A stretch of DNA of 63,612 nt, filler included, from Licmophora abbreviata (taxonomy: Eukaryota): the NCBI GenBank assembly GCA_900291995.1. It is 9 parts of 9 records of this genome, joined end to end, with 100 filler letters (N's around TTAATTAATTAA, not from the genome) between each part and the next. Parts side by side here need not be neighbours in the genome. Positions count along the whole stretch, not along the records: positions 23,296 to 36,174 come from OLMU01000256.1; positions 36,275 to 40,267 come from OLMU01000257.1; 7 more parts are not named here. One strand, given 5' to 3'. The notes under the pieces were generated by a model, which made no database searches, was not told the origin of the DNA, and saw only the letters and a list, made by a program, of their open reading frames with translations. Below, one piece after another: positions 23,664-37,242 of this stretch. Made by a program: the position numbers and the translations under genes. Position 1 is the stretch's first letter; each line of letters starts with the position of its first letter.

Positions 23664-26600
23664 ATGCAGGGCGATGACGAGGCTCCGCCTCCACTGTCCC
23701 AGCTGTATCTCAAGCCTTCATTGCCTCTACCTGAGCCGCCGTCCGAATGGGAGGCCGCCTCGTCGCAGCATCCGTACAGTCTCCATTCGCAAGCATCAAG
23801 CTCGACAGAAAATTCCCGACATCGTTCTAAGCGTGCCTCAATGGCAATGCGCCAGGCAGAGCGTCTCACGAAACGAGCTGCTCTGGTCAGCAAACAGAAG
23901 GTATGTGTTCTCACCATGTCTCAGTGCTATGTAGTGCAGTGCACAGTGTCAGATCGCCAACCAACTCTTTTCGCACGTCCCCCTCTTTCGATAGATTTGG
24001 GACTCGAATGACGCCTCTATCGATGTGGCCCAGTCGGCTGTAGATCAGTGGGAGTCATCGTACTCAGCTTTGCGTGGTCTGCTTGTAGCCGCTGCGCATT
24101 CGGCACGCGGCCTATATGGTGCTGCCAAAGCTGGAGCGGCCAACCTTGAGGACGGTTTCTTGGTACCTGTGAGGGACTGGGTTTTGCTGCCTGCGTTTTC
24201 CGGTGTGGAACACATTACCGGCGAGACTGTTGGATTCTTGCAGTCAGATCAAGCGGCGCAGTTGGCTCATTCGTCCTTGCAGCTGGTGCAGCAAGTACCT
24301 TATGTCGGAGACACTGTCTTGGCGCCGACGCTTGTCATGGGAGTGAATATTGCACAGCAGACATGGCACGTTGCACAATATCCCATTCCCAGTCGATCGG
24401 CAGTTCGTGACTCTGTAGACACCATAATGACGGGAACAAAGTGGTTGCTGACAACTGCGGGTAGAGAAACGTATTTTTACGCAAAGCGCATGGATGCCAA
24501 CATTACCCGGACGCTCATGCACACACAATGGAAAGTGCTCGGCAGTGGACCGTACGCGACCCTAGACCCTCGGCACAAACGTGAAGTCTTGGATCATTTG
24601 TGTGAACGATACTTATCCACGGAGGACGATGTGGAACGTTATGAGCTTGCCGCGCATATTCGGATGCACAATCCTCGGCTTTATCGTGATTTGGTGTCGA
24701 CAGGACTACTACGCGAGCGTGGGGGCGACTTGACAAAAGACGACGAGTGGCTTACTGCGTGTCCGTCATATCACTCTTTGGATTCGCCATTCCTGCTTCC
24801 GACGGAAGAACATGAAAACCGAGAGGACGTGGTTGCACTTTGGTTTCTTCTCCCTTACCAGAATGGGAAACGGCCTGGAAGAGAGACGCCTTGGGTACGC
24901 TTTCCTGCGGCAGAACGAAAGAAACTTGAGAGCAAATATTTGGCCGTCTTGCGAAAATCAGCACAGGAGACGACATCCGCCGCTGCTCAAGTGCGCGCGG
25001 TAACACTTACGACCGATTTGCCTGCTCCCTCCGCCTCCGATTGCACAGTTGAATCCTTGAAGAAGTATCCGACTGTTGCCCAGTGGTATCAACCCGATAT
25101 CGAAAACGACCTGCTGATTGACGAAAAGCGACAGGCTGTATCGTTTCATGCCTCGTGTCCTCAGTGTCGTGAAATCTACCACAGCCAAAGCTTGCCTCTT
25201 GTACCTAAGCGGTATGGTATGCTGTGTGACGGCTGTGCTCCAGATGTTAATGGTGTACTTGAACGCCGCCTCTCACCCCCGCCGCTGGCCGCCATTATGC
25301 GCCCGACAATGTGGCGCTTCCACGGACCTGGAGACGAGGTACGGCGTGCGGTGTGGCTAATGGACACCAAGCGACACGGGCTGCAGCCGTACGGAGAAGA
25401 GAGCGCTGCCGTCTTGGAGGACGCGTACCTGTTTTTGAAATGGAAGCTACAGAACACGTCAGACGACAACAAAATCGACGGTTCGTTACTTACTGTCCAA
25501 GTAACAAGCCCTGACGGAACGGAGAAACAACTTGTGCAGTTCAGCTCATTGACGCAGGCAACAGCGATTCAAAAAGGGCTTGGCGCCGCGGTGTCGCTGT
25601 TTAAGCGGAGAGTCTATCGGGGGGCGTCGTTGGTACCCGAAAGTGAAAGCCCAGGCTCGGCGAGGACTATCGACTCAACGGTCTCTTCACCGCTTGACGA
25701 GCATAAGGAGGAATGGGAGCACGTATCGCTTGGCGATATAGGAACCACTAAGGATATTTCTCGCCAGGCTTTGGTGTCCCCCCTTTCTCTCAAGCGAAGC
25801 AATCTGTTACCCAGCGACTTTGAAGATATCTCTGTGGAGAAGACGGCTGACCATCTTGTGCTGATCGTGCACGGGATCGGCGAAATGCTCCGTACTGTGG
25901 CGCCGTTTGGAATGCAGCTGCCGAATCTTTCATCTATAGTTGATTGCTGCGGTTATCTTCGAAAGAATCATGCCGTAATGCATGATGTGCACCCTCGTTT
26001 GAAGCTACAGGGTAGGGTTGAATATCTTCCAGTGGAGTGGCACGAGGCCTTCGCAGTCAAATCGCAACGTCAAGCTCCCCTTGATCTACGGGGTGAGACT
26101 TTGCCATGGCACAGGCGAGAGGCGGCCAACCCAACCGTCAATGACATCTCGCTTCAGACAATTCCACAGATGAGGGCTTTTGCGAACGAGACATTGATGG
26201 ACGTTCTGTTCTTTATGAGTCCAGAGCACCACGATCTCATGATCGACATTGTCACGAACGAGCTGAACGTCGTGGTTCAGAATTGCCAACGCCTAACGGG
26301 ATTCAAAGGGACCGTGAGCATCATTGGGCATTCGTTAGGATCTGTGGTCGCCTGGGACATTCTCTCTCATCAGCTTCCAAAGGAACAACCACCGGATTTG
26401 TGTGCTGACTCTGAATCGCCATCGTCAGATAGACTGAGCTACAGCCCAATGTGTACGCCTTATCCGGAACGGGATTCTCGATCTGTGACATCTTCGACGG
26501 CTGGAGGCGAAATTGCTCCGCCACTTCTCATCGGGTCGTCGTATCCCCAGCTTGATTTCAACGTTGAGAATGCATTCATGCTTGGCTCTCCGATCGCTGT

Positions 26601-27231
26601 CTTTCTCTTGATCCGAAACCAGCGCGATCCACTGAGCGACGACTTTAGCCTCAATGGATGTCCAAGGGTATTCAATATTTTTCACCCCTACGACCCGGTC
26701 GCCTACCGAATCGAACCTCTACTCTCCCCAAGGAATGCCGAGGTTGAACCTAGAATCATCACACGCTGGAACGGAGGCTTCCGAGTGCAATATCAGACTA
26801 AGCGATTATGGAACAAATTCATGGACGCTGGTCTGAGAACGCAGCAGACGGTAATAGATGCTGTAGAGGACCGTTTGTCTCGCTTGGGGCTTCTCGACTA
26901 CGCGGCGGACGCTCCTGATTTGGAAGACGAGGACGAGTATCGGTCGGGGTACAGCTCTGACAGTAGTCGAGCCCACCGCGTTGTCTGTGGAAATCTAAAT
27001 GAAGGGGGTAGAGTCGACTTCATGCTTCAAGAAAAAGAGCTGGAAAGTGCAAACGAGTACGTAGCTGCACTTGCAGCTCACTCGTCGTATTGGACTGAAA
27101 GGGACCTGAGTCTGTTCATCGCTCAGCAGATCCTTCACAGCACCATCGAAGCTTCGATTGTTGATACAATACAGAACGTGCCTACCGCACAGGTCGACGC
27201 TGCAGGATACGGCAGAAAGGTCGATTTGTGA
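23664..27231 (+). CDS. DDHD-domain phospholipase A1 (PA-PLA1/SEC23IP-like) with long N-terminal extension (exons 23664-23900, 23995-27231)
   Basis: HLVLIVHGIG, RVEYLPVEWH, GHSLG nucleophile, NIFHPYDPVAYRIEP, RVDFMLQE, AHSSYW. Confidence 0.9.
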
Positions 27232-27326
27232 CGATCAGAATGAAACCTAACTTACGTCGCCTATAACATTTTCTTTTCCATGCACAGCTCATACGCATTG
27301 CTCCATAGTTCCATGTGCATCTTGCT

Positions 27327-29563
27327 CTATCTGAAGTTCAACCTCGATTGTGAGCCAATCTTGCTCACGGTTGTAAAGATGCTTGGTCGTAACATTTCTT
27401 CATTCTCAGAGTGAAGCGATTCCTCGCTGCCGTGGTTTCCAAGAAGACTCGTAGATTCTGTTGCCGGTGGTACTTCCCCGAGTATCTCTTCGCGAGGCGA
27501 TCCTTCTATCGCTGGAGGTTTTTCTCCGGGCATCTCTTCGCGAGGCGAACCTCCTGGGCTTCTCGAGCTTGATCCGTACGTCAATGGGAGTGTATCTAAT
27601 GCTTCAACGCCTTCGAGAGAATCATGGAACTCCTCCGGCTTGTCTGACGATAGAGGTTCCCGGTCACAATCATTATCCCTCGAAAGCAACTTACTATTCA
27701 AAAGGCGTAGAGTAGCTTCTTCGACCTCAGGATCATCCTCGTCGGCATTGCTTAATATCGATCCAAGTCCATGCTCTTCATCGCCACCGTCGAGGCTACT
27801 AGTCTCCGTCTGTCCCGACGCGACACTTGCTCGACCATGAGCGACGTCGTCGTCGCCTTCGTCGTCCTCTCCATCTTCATCCCCTTCAGGAACCGTCGGC
27901 TCGGAAGGTTTCTTCTTCCGTTTTTTCTTGGAAGATCTGCAATAAGGTATTCAAATTCAAGATCGTTGTCAACACACTGCACGGGTCGACCACCAAGTAG
28001 AACACTCCGTCGTCTACAAAAACATACCTCATGATAACCTTCAGGTCTTGTAAGAAATCTCCCAGCGCAATGCTGTCGCCAAACCTACTCGTATCGTGAG
28101 AAGCTCGGTAGCCCTCTTCCCATTCTTCTGTCGGAAACGTGTAAAAGTGGGCAATCGAAAACAAGAGCATCTCCAAGCAAATGAGAAAGTTCTGAGCAGA
28201 CTTGGCCCAAGCGTCGGCGTTCGCCCCGCCTACGTCTGTAGCCGTGGCCAAAATCGAGATAGCCAACCCCTGCCAAAATGTCATGAAAACAACGCCTTTG
28301 ATACATAGAAACTTTGCAAACGGACGGCACCACGCGAGATCCTTGTCGACGGCGTGATAAAATTTAAGCAAACCGGTAAAGGCGATGAATACCGACAAGT
28401 TCTGCAAGCCAATAATGTAGAACTGGGGCGATCTGTAGTCCGTCGGCGAATCACCTCCTCCAAAGTAATTCAACTTCTGAAGCGTCACCATGGCAATGGA
28501 TGTGAGCGGCCGCAAGAATACAAACTGCATGGCGAACCTCTGGCACTGAATCAATACAGCGTCGGCGAGGTGTCGATCATTCTCATACGGATCGGGACAG
28601 CAACAACCGCAGCAACGAAACGGGGGAGATAGATGATTTGCGTGCTTGGTTAACAAATCCACAACTGCTTCTCGATTGCCTTTACCCAAGACGGCAATGC
28701 AGAAGGAGAGGAACTGATAGATAATGTAAGCCTCATAGAAATCTTTGATTACCGCGAGGTAGCCTTCGGCCTCAGGGAAAACGAGACTGAACCACGACGT
28801 GATGGCATACACCGGACTATATCGAAATGCCGAAATCAATTAGGTGTTAGAAAAGAGGGAGCGATATTAACGTTGTATAGTGCAACACTCCGCGACATGC
28901 TCACCTCATCCAAAGAATGGCTAGAATCTTGCGTTGCACGACGGGCTGATTGAACTTGCGGAGATGTGCCGTCATGTGCCACATACTAATAAGACCACTC
29001 AGAAGAGTGAACGTACCCGCAAGTTGATACACCATGAATGAATTCTCCATGCTAAACTGATCTTGCGTCGTTCGAACGTACGACTCAACGTCGTTCTTGA
29101 CCTTCTCGACTTCATCCTCAATTTCAGTTTGAGCGGCTTGCACCGACTGCTCCAATTGATTCAACGTCTGATTGAGTTTGGCGCTGATGATATCCTCTGT
29201 AGTCTTTAATTTGTGGTGCAAATCGTCCGCTGTATCTTTCAAGTTCAATTCGAGGGTCGAGAGTCTGTCCAAGACATCCGTATTCGTCACGCTGCTGTTG
29301 AATCGTTCAATGACCTCGGCCTGATTGTCGACCGTCTTTTGCAGCGCTGCGATATGAGACTCGTCCAGCAATAGTTCCTTCGCCATCGACTGCACTTCGT
29401 ACTGATAGAAAATCGATACACCCACCAGCAAGAAGAGCAATAGAATGCTCAAGACCCGATTCGTAAGCATGCCCTTGCGTGTCGCGGTGTTCTTGGGTGA
29501 ATTTCCGGTATTGGCGTGAAAAGGCACCAGAGGCGACATAGCCTCATCCAGAGACGGGGGCAT
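27327..29563 (-). CDS. TMEM184/OST-alpha family transporter with extra N-terminal TM and coiled coil (exons 29563-28905, 28816-28028, 27936-27327)
   Basis: HLRKFNQPVVQRKILAILWMSPVYAITSW, KDFYEAYIIYQF, KFLCIKGVVFMTFWQG, QNFLICLEM..AHFYTF; two in-phase introns. Confidence 0.88.
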
Positions 29564-29921
29564 GGGACTCTTAACCTTTACCTGGTCCTCTGACGCTATA
29601 CAAGGGTCGAAGACAACCACACAAAGCTTCCAGCCGAGATTCACGTCTCACTCTATCGCTCACGTCTTTGTCGTCTCGCCCGCTCGCGTTGTGTTGTTGG
29701 GTTTCGCGAGAATATTTTTGTTGATCTGTGTTCTCTCACAAAATGTTCGGCGACGACACATACCACATAAACAGATGATGTCGCAGACGACATAATTGTG
29801 AGCTCGTACACCACCTAAAGTGTATCATATGATAGCTACGATAGTGAGAATGACGATGGTCTTGGGACGCTACTGATGTTACCTTACCGTCGTTTTCTAA
29901 CTTAGTCTAGTACAAGATACT

Positions 29922-31935
29922 CTATCGGACAAGGCAGTTCCACACTTGGTAACCTTCTCTGTAGGAAACCAGATAGGAGCCATCTTTGAAGCTCGCTTTG
30001 ACCCACCAGTCTTTCGCTTGTAGAGGAGTAGGACTCAAAGAAGCCGGAGCGATGCGTCCAACCGGCGTCTTGTCTGCGTCCCCAGATGGAGTGAAAATAT
30101 CAGTATCGTAGTCAAGCCCATTGCTCAAGACGCCGTGACAACGAACGCTTAGCACTGATCCAGATTCTTTACACTGCTCAATCAGCACTTCACTAGAGGT
30201 AAAGAAACGACGCCGACAACAATTCTTCAGAGATATCCATCATGAGCAACACAACGATTGAAAGTCACATCTTGCTTGTCGCTCACCTTACGGCGAGATC
30301 TCCTCGTCCTCCCACTCCTCTTTGAGCCTTGTTTCGCTCATTCATGGCGACATCCCGCTCGCTGTCGAACCACTCAGTTTCGCCCGAATAGTTGGTGTCG
30401 CAACATAGAATGCATTTGTTGTTGTCGACGCGAATAGGAGTAGGCATGTCGCCCTGAGGCTGGTGACCACATACAATCAACTCGAGTCCAGCTTGATTGA
30501 AGAAGTCTCGCGTCACTTGCTCAAACACTGTAGGCTCATCTCTATCGATAGAGAATCGCTTGCTTGGGCGACCATCGTTGGTCATCCAACTCGAGTACAC
30601 GACCGTAGGGTTGTGACGGCCCGTGGGAAGCCACCCCATCCCGTATTGCATCAAATCCCCATAAGTCATGGTGGCCGATGGACAATGATGATACCCACCG
30701 CGTGTGGCCCAGACGCGAGCCGACGATTCTGCATTGTGTTCTTGCGTTTCGAGTTTCCAAACACTATCTTCCCATGCTGCTATTTGGGTTTGCCCAAACG
30801 ATTGCAATGCATCGATCCATCCGTCCACAGTATCTGGAGCAGCATTGTCGTCTTCGTCCCTTCGCCATGGCATGCACCATTCAAGCCCGTGTCTCCAAAA
30901 GTCCGGAGCTTCTACTCTTTTCTCTTTCACCTGTTGCAAGACTTCATTCGTCAGAGGCAAGGCCCCGTGTACGAACATGACCTTGCCCAGTTGGAGTACC
31001 AACTGTGCCTGTGACAAGTACTTTCCCATTTCTCCCGACACGGGATGACATGACCGTCGATACGAGTTGACCACGTCGTCATCTGAAACACTAGTAGCGG
31101 AGGAGATTTCGCCCGATCGCTGTTGCTGTTCCACCCGCAACTCGCTTCGTCGAAGTTCAAATGCATTTGGAGACCCCATGGTATTTCGCAACATCCACTG
31201 CAATCGTTGTGCCGCATTCAATTGTGACACGCCCGCATTGGGCTCTCGCGTAGGATCACCAATCGTTCCCCTCCCTGTGAGCCAGTAGACGCCATTGTGT
31301 AGTGGCAAATCGTAAGAAGCATCCCGACTACCACTACCACCACCACTGCTATCTCCTCCTCGCCAAAGCCCCATTTCATTCACGACTCTCATCTTGTTGA
31401 TATCGCGATTGCCCATGATAAAATGCACTCTGGACGGATATCGGCGTCGTAAGTCAAGCAACTGTCGGATCACGTACAAGTCAAAGCCTCCTCGATCCCA
31501 CATGTCTCCACCGTACACTAGAACTGCGTGGGAAGCAGTAAAGTCAATGACACGACTGTAGGGAAAGAAGTCTTCTCCTTCTTCTTCACGGGAGACGTCA
31601 TTTGGAACAAACTGAAGTACTTTGGAAGTGTTGACAAAGCGGTCGAGGTAGACGGCATCGCCCTCGAGATCTGTCAAGTACGTGATGATCCGGCGGCGGT
31701 GACTACGAGATTCCTGGTTCTCCGTGCTTGACGACGTCGAGGTCAGAAAACGGGTTTCTCGCTCCATACAACGAGCCATCCGTGAGAAAGTGCGCCTTCT
31801 ACATAATGATATCTGTGCCGCCGGTTGATATCTTCGTCGCACTATCTGAACCGGAACTATGCTGGCTAGCCTGCTGTGACGGTGATGGCACAGCAGAGCG
31901 AAACCGGAGGACAGGGATGACGACGGAGCTTTCAT
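29922..31935 (-). CDS. Calcineurin-like metallophosphoesterase with organelle presequence-like N-terminus (intron 30193-30286; start uncertain)
   Basis: Motifs TDLEG, GGDMWDRG, GNRD, VHGA, GHQPQGD. Confidence 0.75.
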
Positions 31936-32305
31936 GCTCTGCAACAGTGTCTCGCAAACAGCCATTCCCACAGTGACAACATTGTACGTATATGATATCA
32001 ATCGAATCTCATCGTAAGAGTGTGATGGTCGGCGAGACGATGATGCTGAATGTGATGTGTCAGTCATCCTTCTTGACCTCTTCGTTCGTCCACCCGTCCT
32101 CCGCGGTGAAAAAAAGAGCATACGCCGCGACCACAAACTCACAGAAAGAGAAACACCAGCGATGCGGCGACGATGATGGGCACATTCATCACAGCCGATA
32201 GACCGACACATTTTCCAGGAAGGGGTGTCTCATCGGATCGATCAGTAAGCGTCAGTAAGCGCGGTATAGTTTAGATATCAAAACAAGAAAACACACACCA
32301 GCAGG

Positions 32306-35300
32306 ATGCTGCGACACCATTTACTTTCCATAAGACGGCTTAGGACGCGTTGTGTACCAGATACTACTACTAACTTTGGAGGCCGCTACTTGGCATCATC
32401 CTCGGCACCGGCGACGGCTCCTGAACGCAGACGACAAACCGACAACAGCCCAGGATCCGAGTCCAGAGGAGCCGCTTCCCCTCATCAGTCGCGCGGGGAA
32501 CGCCGTCGTCTCCACGAAGAGCGCCAAGAAAAGGCGCACCGGGCGAGGGAGCAAAGGAAACAGAAAAGCATAGATCAACAGCAGGTGGCACAACGCAAAG
32601 CGCAAGAGCGGCAGCGACTTCATCAAGCGAAAGTGGACGAGGCCCGCAACTTGAAGGAAGAAGCGCATCGTCGACATCGCGAAATACAGGAAACCTCGCA
32701 GGAAAACACGCAAGAGAAACTGAGAAAGAATGCTGCGCGATCGATTCCGTATTGGCTGGGGAAGAATCCAGAGTGTTTGGAGCTTACCATGGGGGCTTTG
32801 AATGTTGAATTAGGAGATAGTCAGAACAACAACAACAAGAGCTCCCCGTCTTCAATCGAGACAGAGTACAAGCAAATGTACTTGGACAGTATTCCCTCCT
32901 TCTTTTTGAAATTGACGGATTCTACTCTATCACCAGAGGTTCAATCAAGCTTGGATATGCTGGTTGAAGTGGGATTTTCCGACCTCAACTTTGCCAAGAA
33001 GCATCGCACGCAGTTGGATCGAGAGCGCAAGCAAGAATCCTACGTCGGCGTCATGCAAGGGAAGCAACGAAAGTTGGTATCGCGCAAAGCTATATTGCAG
33101 CAGGAACGCCTCAAGTTTGAAGAACTGCAGGCAGATCGTAAACAGAAAATGGGAGCAGAGAACGAGGAAAAGGAGAAGGCGGACGAGAGTTTTCTGAATC
33201 GAGCCGCGTCCATGGCTGCGAGTTTCTTTGGGTCCGGCAAGCCAAAATCGGACCACACAGTGACGGCCGCTGTCGACGATATGACGGTGTCTTTAGAGGG
33301 TGATGCTGAATTGGAAAAACAATGGCAAGCTGTCAAACAGGCGGAAACTGCGGTGCAAAAGACTGAGAATCAGATGGAATACTTGAAGGAAAAGAACAAG
33401 TCTCGTGAGCCACTGTTGAGTGATGACGCGTACGCACTGGCCAACAAGACCATGCAAGAAGTATTGCAGAAGACTATTTGTCCAGCCCTTGCCAGCCACG
33501 TTCACGAAAGACACGCGCGCATGATTGAGCAGTATCAAACGTTGGATGCCAACACAGGTTCGTTCTTTTTGCTCGTGCGAGCAGGCGACGAGTGTGCGCA
33601 TGCCTGCTCCATGAATCAACTGTCATTCTGACACGCCTTGCTTCCTTCCCTTATTTGTTGCTTCTGTAGATCTGACCAAGCCACACGAATGGTATACTCA
33701 TGCACGGCTAGATCAACGCAAGGTACGCCAATCACTGTTACCTCCCCTCACTTGTCCTGAGTCTTGCCGCTTTTCTAAATCCGATATTCTCATTCGTCTT
33801 GCAGATCATCTTTCATGGAGGACCGACAAATTCAGGCAAGACGTATACAGCGTTGGAACGTCTGCGCGAAGCAAAGAATGGATTGTACCTTGGACCGCTG
33901 CGTTTGCTGGCAGGCGAGGTGTATGAAACGTTGACATCAAAGGGCGTGTACACAAACTTGTACACTGGTCAGGAGAAACGGGAGATTGCGTTTTCAACGC
34001 ATTCGGCTGCAACAGTGGAGATGGCGCCTACTACCGAAGATTTTGATGTTGTTGTGATTGACGAAATCCAGATGATTGCGGATGAGTTCCGCGGATTTGC
34101 TTGGACACGCGCGTTGATGGGCATCAGATGCAAGGAAATTCATGTCTGTGGTGGCCTCGAGGCGAAGGACATTGTCGAGCGGATCGCTGGTGATTGTGGT
34201 GATGTGTTTGAGTTACGTGAGTACGAGCGTTTCAGTGCTCTCAATGTGGCAGAACGCAGTCTCGCTCCAAATCCAGGCGTGTCTGGATCGTACCGTCAGG
34301 TGCAATCTGGTGATTGCGTCGTGGCATTTTCGCGGAACGACATTTTCGCCATCAAGCGTGAAATTGAGAGCTCAACGAAGCACAAGTGCTGCATCATATA
34401 CGGATCCCTTCCACCTGAGACACGAACGAAGCAAGCTCAACTCTTCAACGACCCAGACTCGGGCTATGATGTACTCGTTGCAAGTGATGCGATTGGCATG
34501 GGTCTGAATCTCAATATTCGAAGGATCATCTTCAATTCCATTTACAAATCCAATGGCGAAAACATAGTTCGGCTAGACCACTCGGCCGTCAAACAGATTG
34601 CCGGCAGGGCAGGAAGACGCAACAGCCCGTTCCCCGAGGGCGAGGTCACCTGTCGTGATCCCGATGATATGCAGCACCTTGTCGAATGCATGTCCAAAGA
34701 AATTACTCCGATATCAAAGGCAGGCTTACTTCCCACATCTACTCATGTTTCTCTCTTTTACGAGACGCTAGAAAAATTCGAAATGGGTAAGGAGTTGGAT
34801 GAACTGCACACTATTCTCGAGCAGTTTAGCGAAATGGCCACGGTCAAAGGTGATTTCTTTTTGTGTCGTCAGACGCCTATGCGCATAATTGCCAAGTGGC
34901 TGACCGAAGCCGACTTGCCACTCGACGAGAAGTTCACCATGTGCTTGGGGCCTGTCAATACTTCCAGCCCGAAATCCTTGCAAATTATCCAGAAGTTTGC
35001 AACGAAGCGAGCTTTGGGGAGTACCGCTGGACTGAGTCGGTACGTATCTCTGGTTGTCGTGGGTTAGTACAATTTGGCGAGCGACCTGTTATCTAACGTG
35101 TTTTCTCTTTGTTTCCTCTAGAGTTAAGATTCCTAAGCGGACAAAGGCCTTTGAAGACTTGTCGTATCTCTGCTCGCTGCACAGCGAGCTCGAGTTGTTC
35201 CTGTGGCTCTACAATCGATTCCCCCCAGGAAACGTGGTGGAGCAACAAACAGCGCTAGCTCTAAAGGAACGAGTGATTGAGATAATCAACAAATCACTCG

Positions 35301-35443
35301 GAAAGGCTGAGTCTCTGAAATTGGAGCACTGCTATATAAGTCGCGACAGGCGTCTGCGAGAAACTTGGATGAGGATGGAACGCGCCGACAAGGAGCTTGT
35401 GGGAGAGTATCTGGAAGGCAATGAAGTCGATGATGATGTTTAG
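32306..35443 (+). CDS. SUPV3L1: Mitochondrial RNA helicase SUV3 (exons 32306-33557, 33670-33722, 33805-35039, 35122-35443)
   Basis: DLTKPHEWY..RKIIFHGGPTNSGKT, GPLRLLA, VIDEIQM, IYGSLPPETR, ASDAIGMGLNLNIRR, QIAGRAGR; Arg-rich presequence. Confidence 0.92.
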
Positions 35444-35881
35444 AATGGTGAAACCAGGAATTTCCAAGAAGGTGCGAATGTAGCTGTGGCGTCGAGTACC
35501 TCCTTGTTGCGGAAAGCTGATGAAGTTCGCCCAATTGGAATGTATTGGTGTGGCCTTTCAATTGCATCCTCACTCTCCAGCGACACCAACAAGGTCGCCC
35601 TCAATACCGAAGATAGGGGCGCAGGGCTACGTTGACATCATGTATCTCTAGGTTAGACTACTATTTAAGAGTAGAAGTAACTGATGAACGAACCATTCGT
35701 CGCAAGACGTCCACCTTCTAATAGAGAGTCGATCGCGTGTCCCAGGTACCCTACTACGAAGACGGAATTGCGTGTCACGACTGCTGATTCATTCGACTCA
35801 ACTGTCAAGACCCGGCGCACGGCGAAGACCACGGCACAATGACGACATAGCCGGCGTCGTCGACCCTCATCATCATCCACG

Positions 35882-36952
35882 ATGAGCAGCAGCGTACTCC
35901 CCGGCATCTCTACCGTCCAGTCGGCCAACTGGTCAGGGAGTATACCTATCGTGTTGAGCTTGGCGCCAACGTCGCTGTCGTCACCGAGCATGCCTGCACC
36001 CATTCACGTGATGGTGTCGCGTCACTCCTATCTGCATGTCGCTCTGCAAGCGGCCGTACTGCGACTTTACAAGTTTGCTCCCATGTCGTTTCTGAGTAGT
36101 AGAAATGGTGGTATGATGGTTCGGAGTGAACCTGAACCGGGAGAGACTTCAGAACAGGCGGAATCGAGTAGTGGNNNNNNNNNNNNNNNNNNNNNNNNNN
36201 NNNNNNNNNNNNNNNNNNTTAATTAATTAANNNNNNNNNNNNNNNNNNNNNNNNNNNNNNNNNNNNNNNNNNNNTTTTGTGGGACATGAAACGCAACGAC
36301 GACAAGACAGTGCCCTGGAAAATACGACTTCATTTTACTTCGTACCCTTCGAGTCAGGTACTGCCGTTGGATAGTGGTGCCGTACTAGCGACCATCGAAC
36401 GAACTTTCAAGAACTCACTAAAACAAGCGCTGGTGCTTCAATATGGAAACAACAAGGCAGCACTCAATATGACTAAGCAGTCACATGAGCGAATATGGGA
36501 CGCGATCGTAACATCGAACTATCGCTTGTACGAACAAGTCAATGACGACTTGCCAAAGAAGAAGGATGCCAACTTGCTGCCTGTTCGTGTCATGGTAGAC
36601 TCGAGACCACCAATGCAGCGCCCGTGCTCCCTGAAAGGTGGTAAGAGAGTTGTCGCCGACAATGCCGTCGGACGTGATTCGCCCGAGCATCAGACTCACG
36701 CGACCCAACTTGTTCTCTCTAATTCTCTAGACTCGTCGTCAATGACTCTTGGAGCTCTTCTGCTGGACTGGTTTCCTGAAAGTTTTTCACACGAGCAGTA
36801 TAGAGGACGGAACGGTAGAACCAAAGTCGCCTGAGACTACAACTTGTACGGTGGAAGGTGTTCGTGTTCCGCTGTCGACAAGTCTAGCGCTCCTCTGGCA
36901 GTGTCTGTGCCATCCTGATCAATTTCTTTACGTCGCTATTGTCACGAGATAA
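35882..36952 (+). CDS. ATG5: Autophagy protein Atg5 (spans a gap; intron 36641-36730; apparent frameshift at T5 36783-36787)
   Basis: WSGSIP..SRHSYL, PWKIRLHFTSYP, FKNSLKQA, TLGALL, and GVRVPLSTSLALLWQCLCHPDQFLY in the next frame. Confidence 0.87.
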
Positions 36953-37242
36953 CATTAGATTTTAGGTTAGACACTTGTGAACTGCGTTTATGGTCACAGA
37001 GGGATCAGCGGTAGACCTACTGTGAGTCGAGTCCAGAGTCAGTCGAGTTGCTTACGAGTGGTAGCGCGGAAGTCAGATGGGTCGTGTCTGTGCGCCGACT
37101 CGCCCCGCGATGGAATTCGATCTGTTGTGGTATTGGCACACAGATCGACCGCAGCGTATCCTTGTTGACAACATACGTCGCGTCGTCGCTCCTATCGACT
37201 ACTGTCCTTCCGAAGACTACTTTGCGAAGATAAGGAACCATC

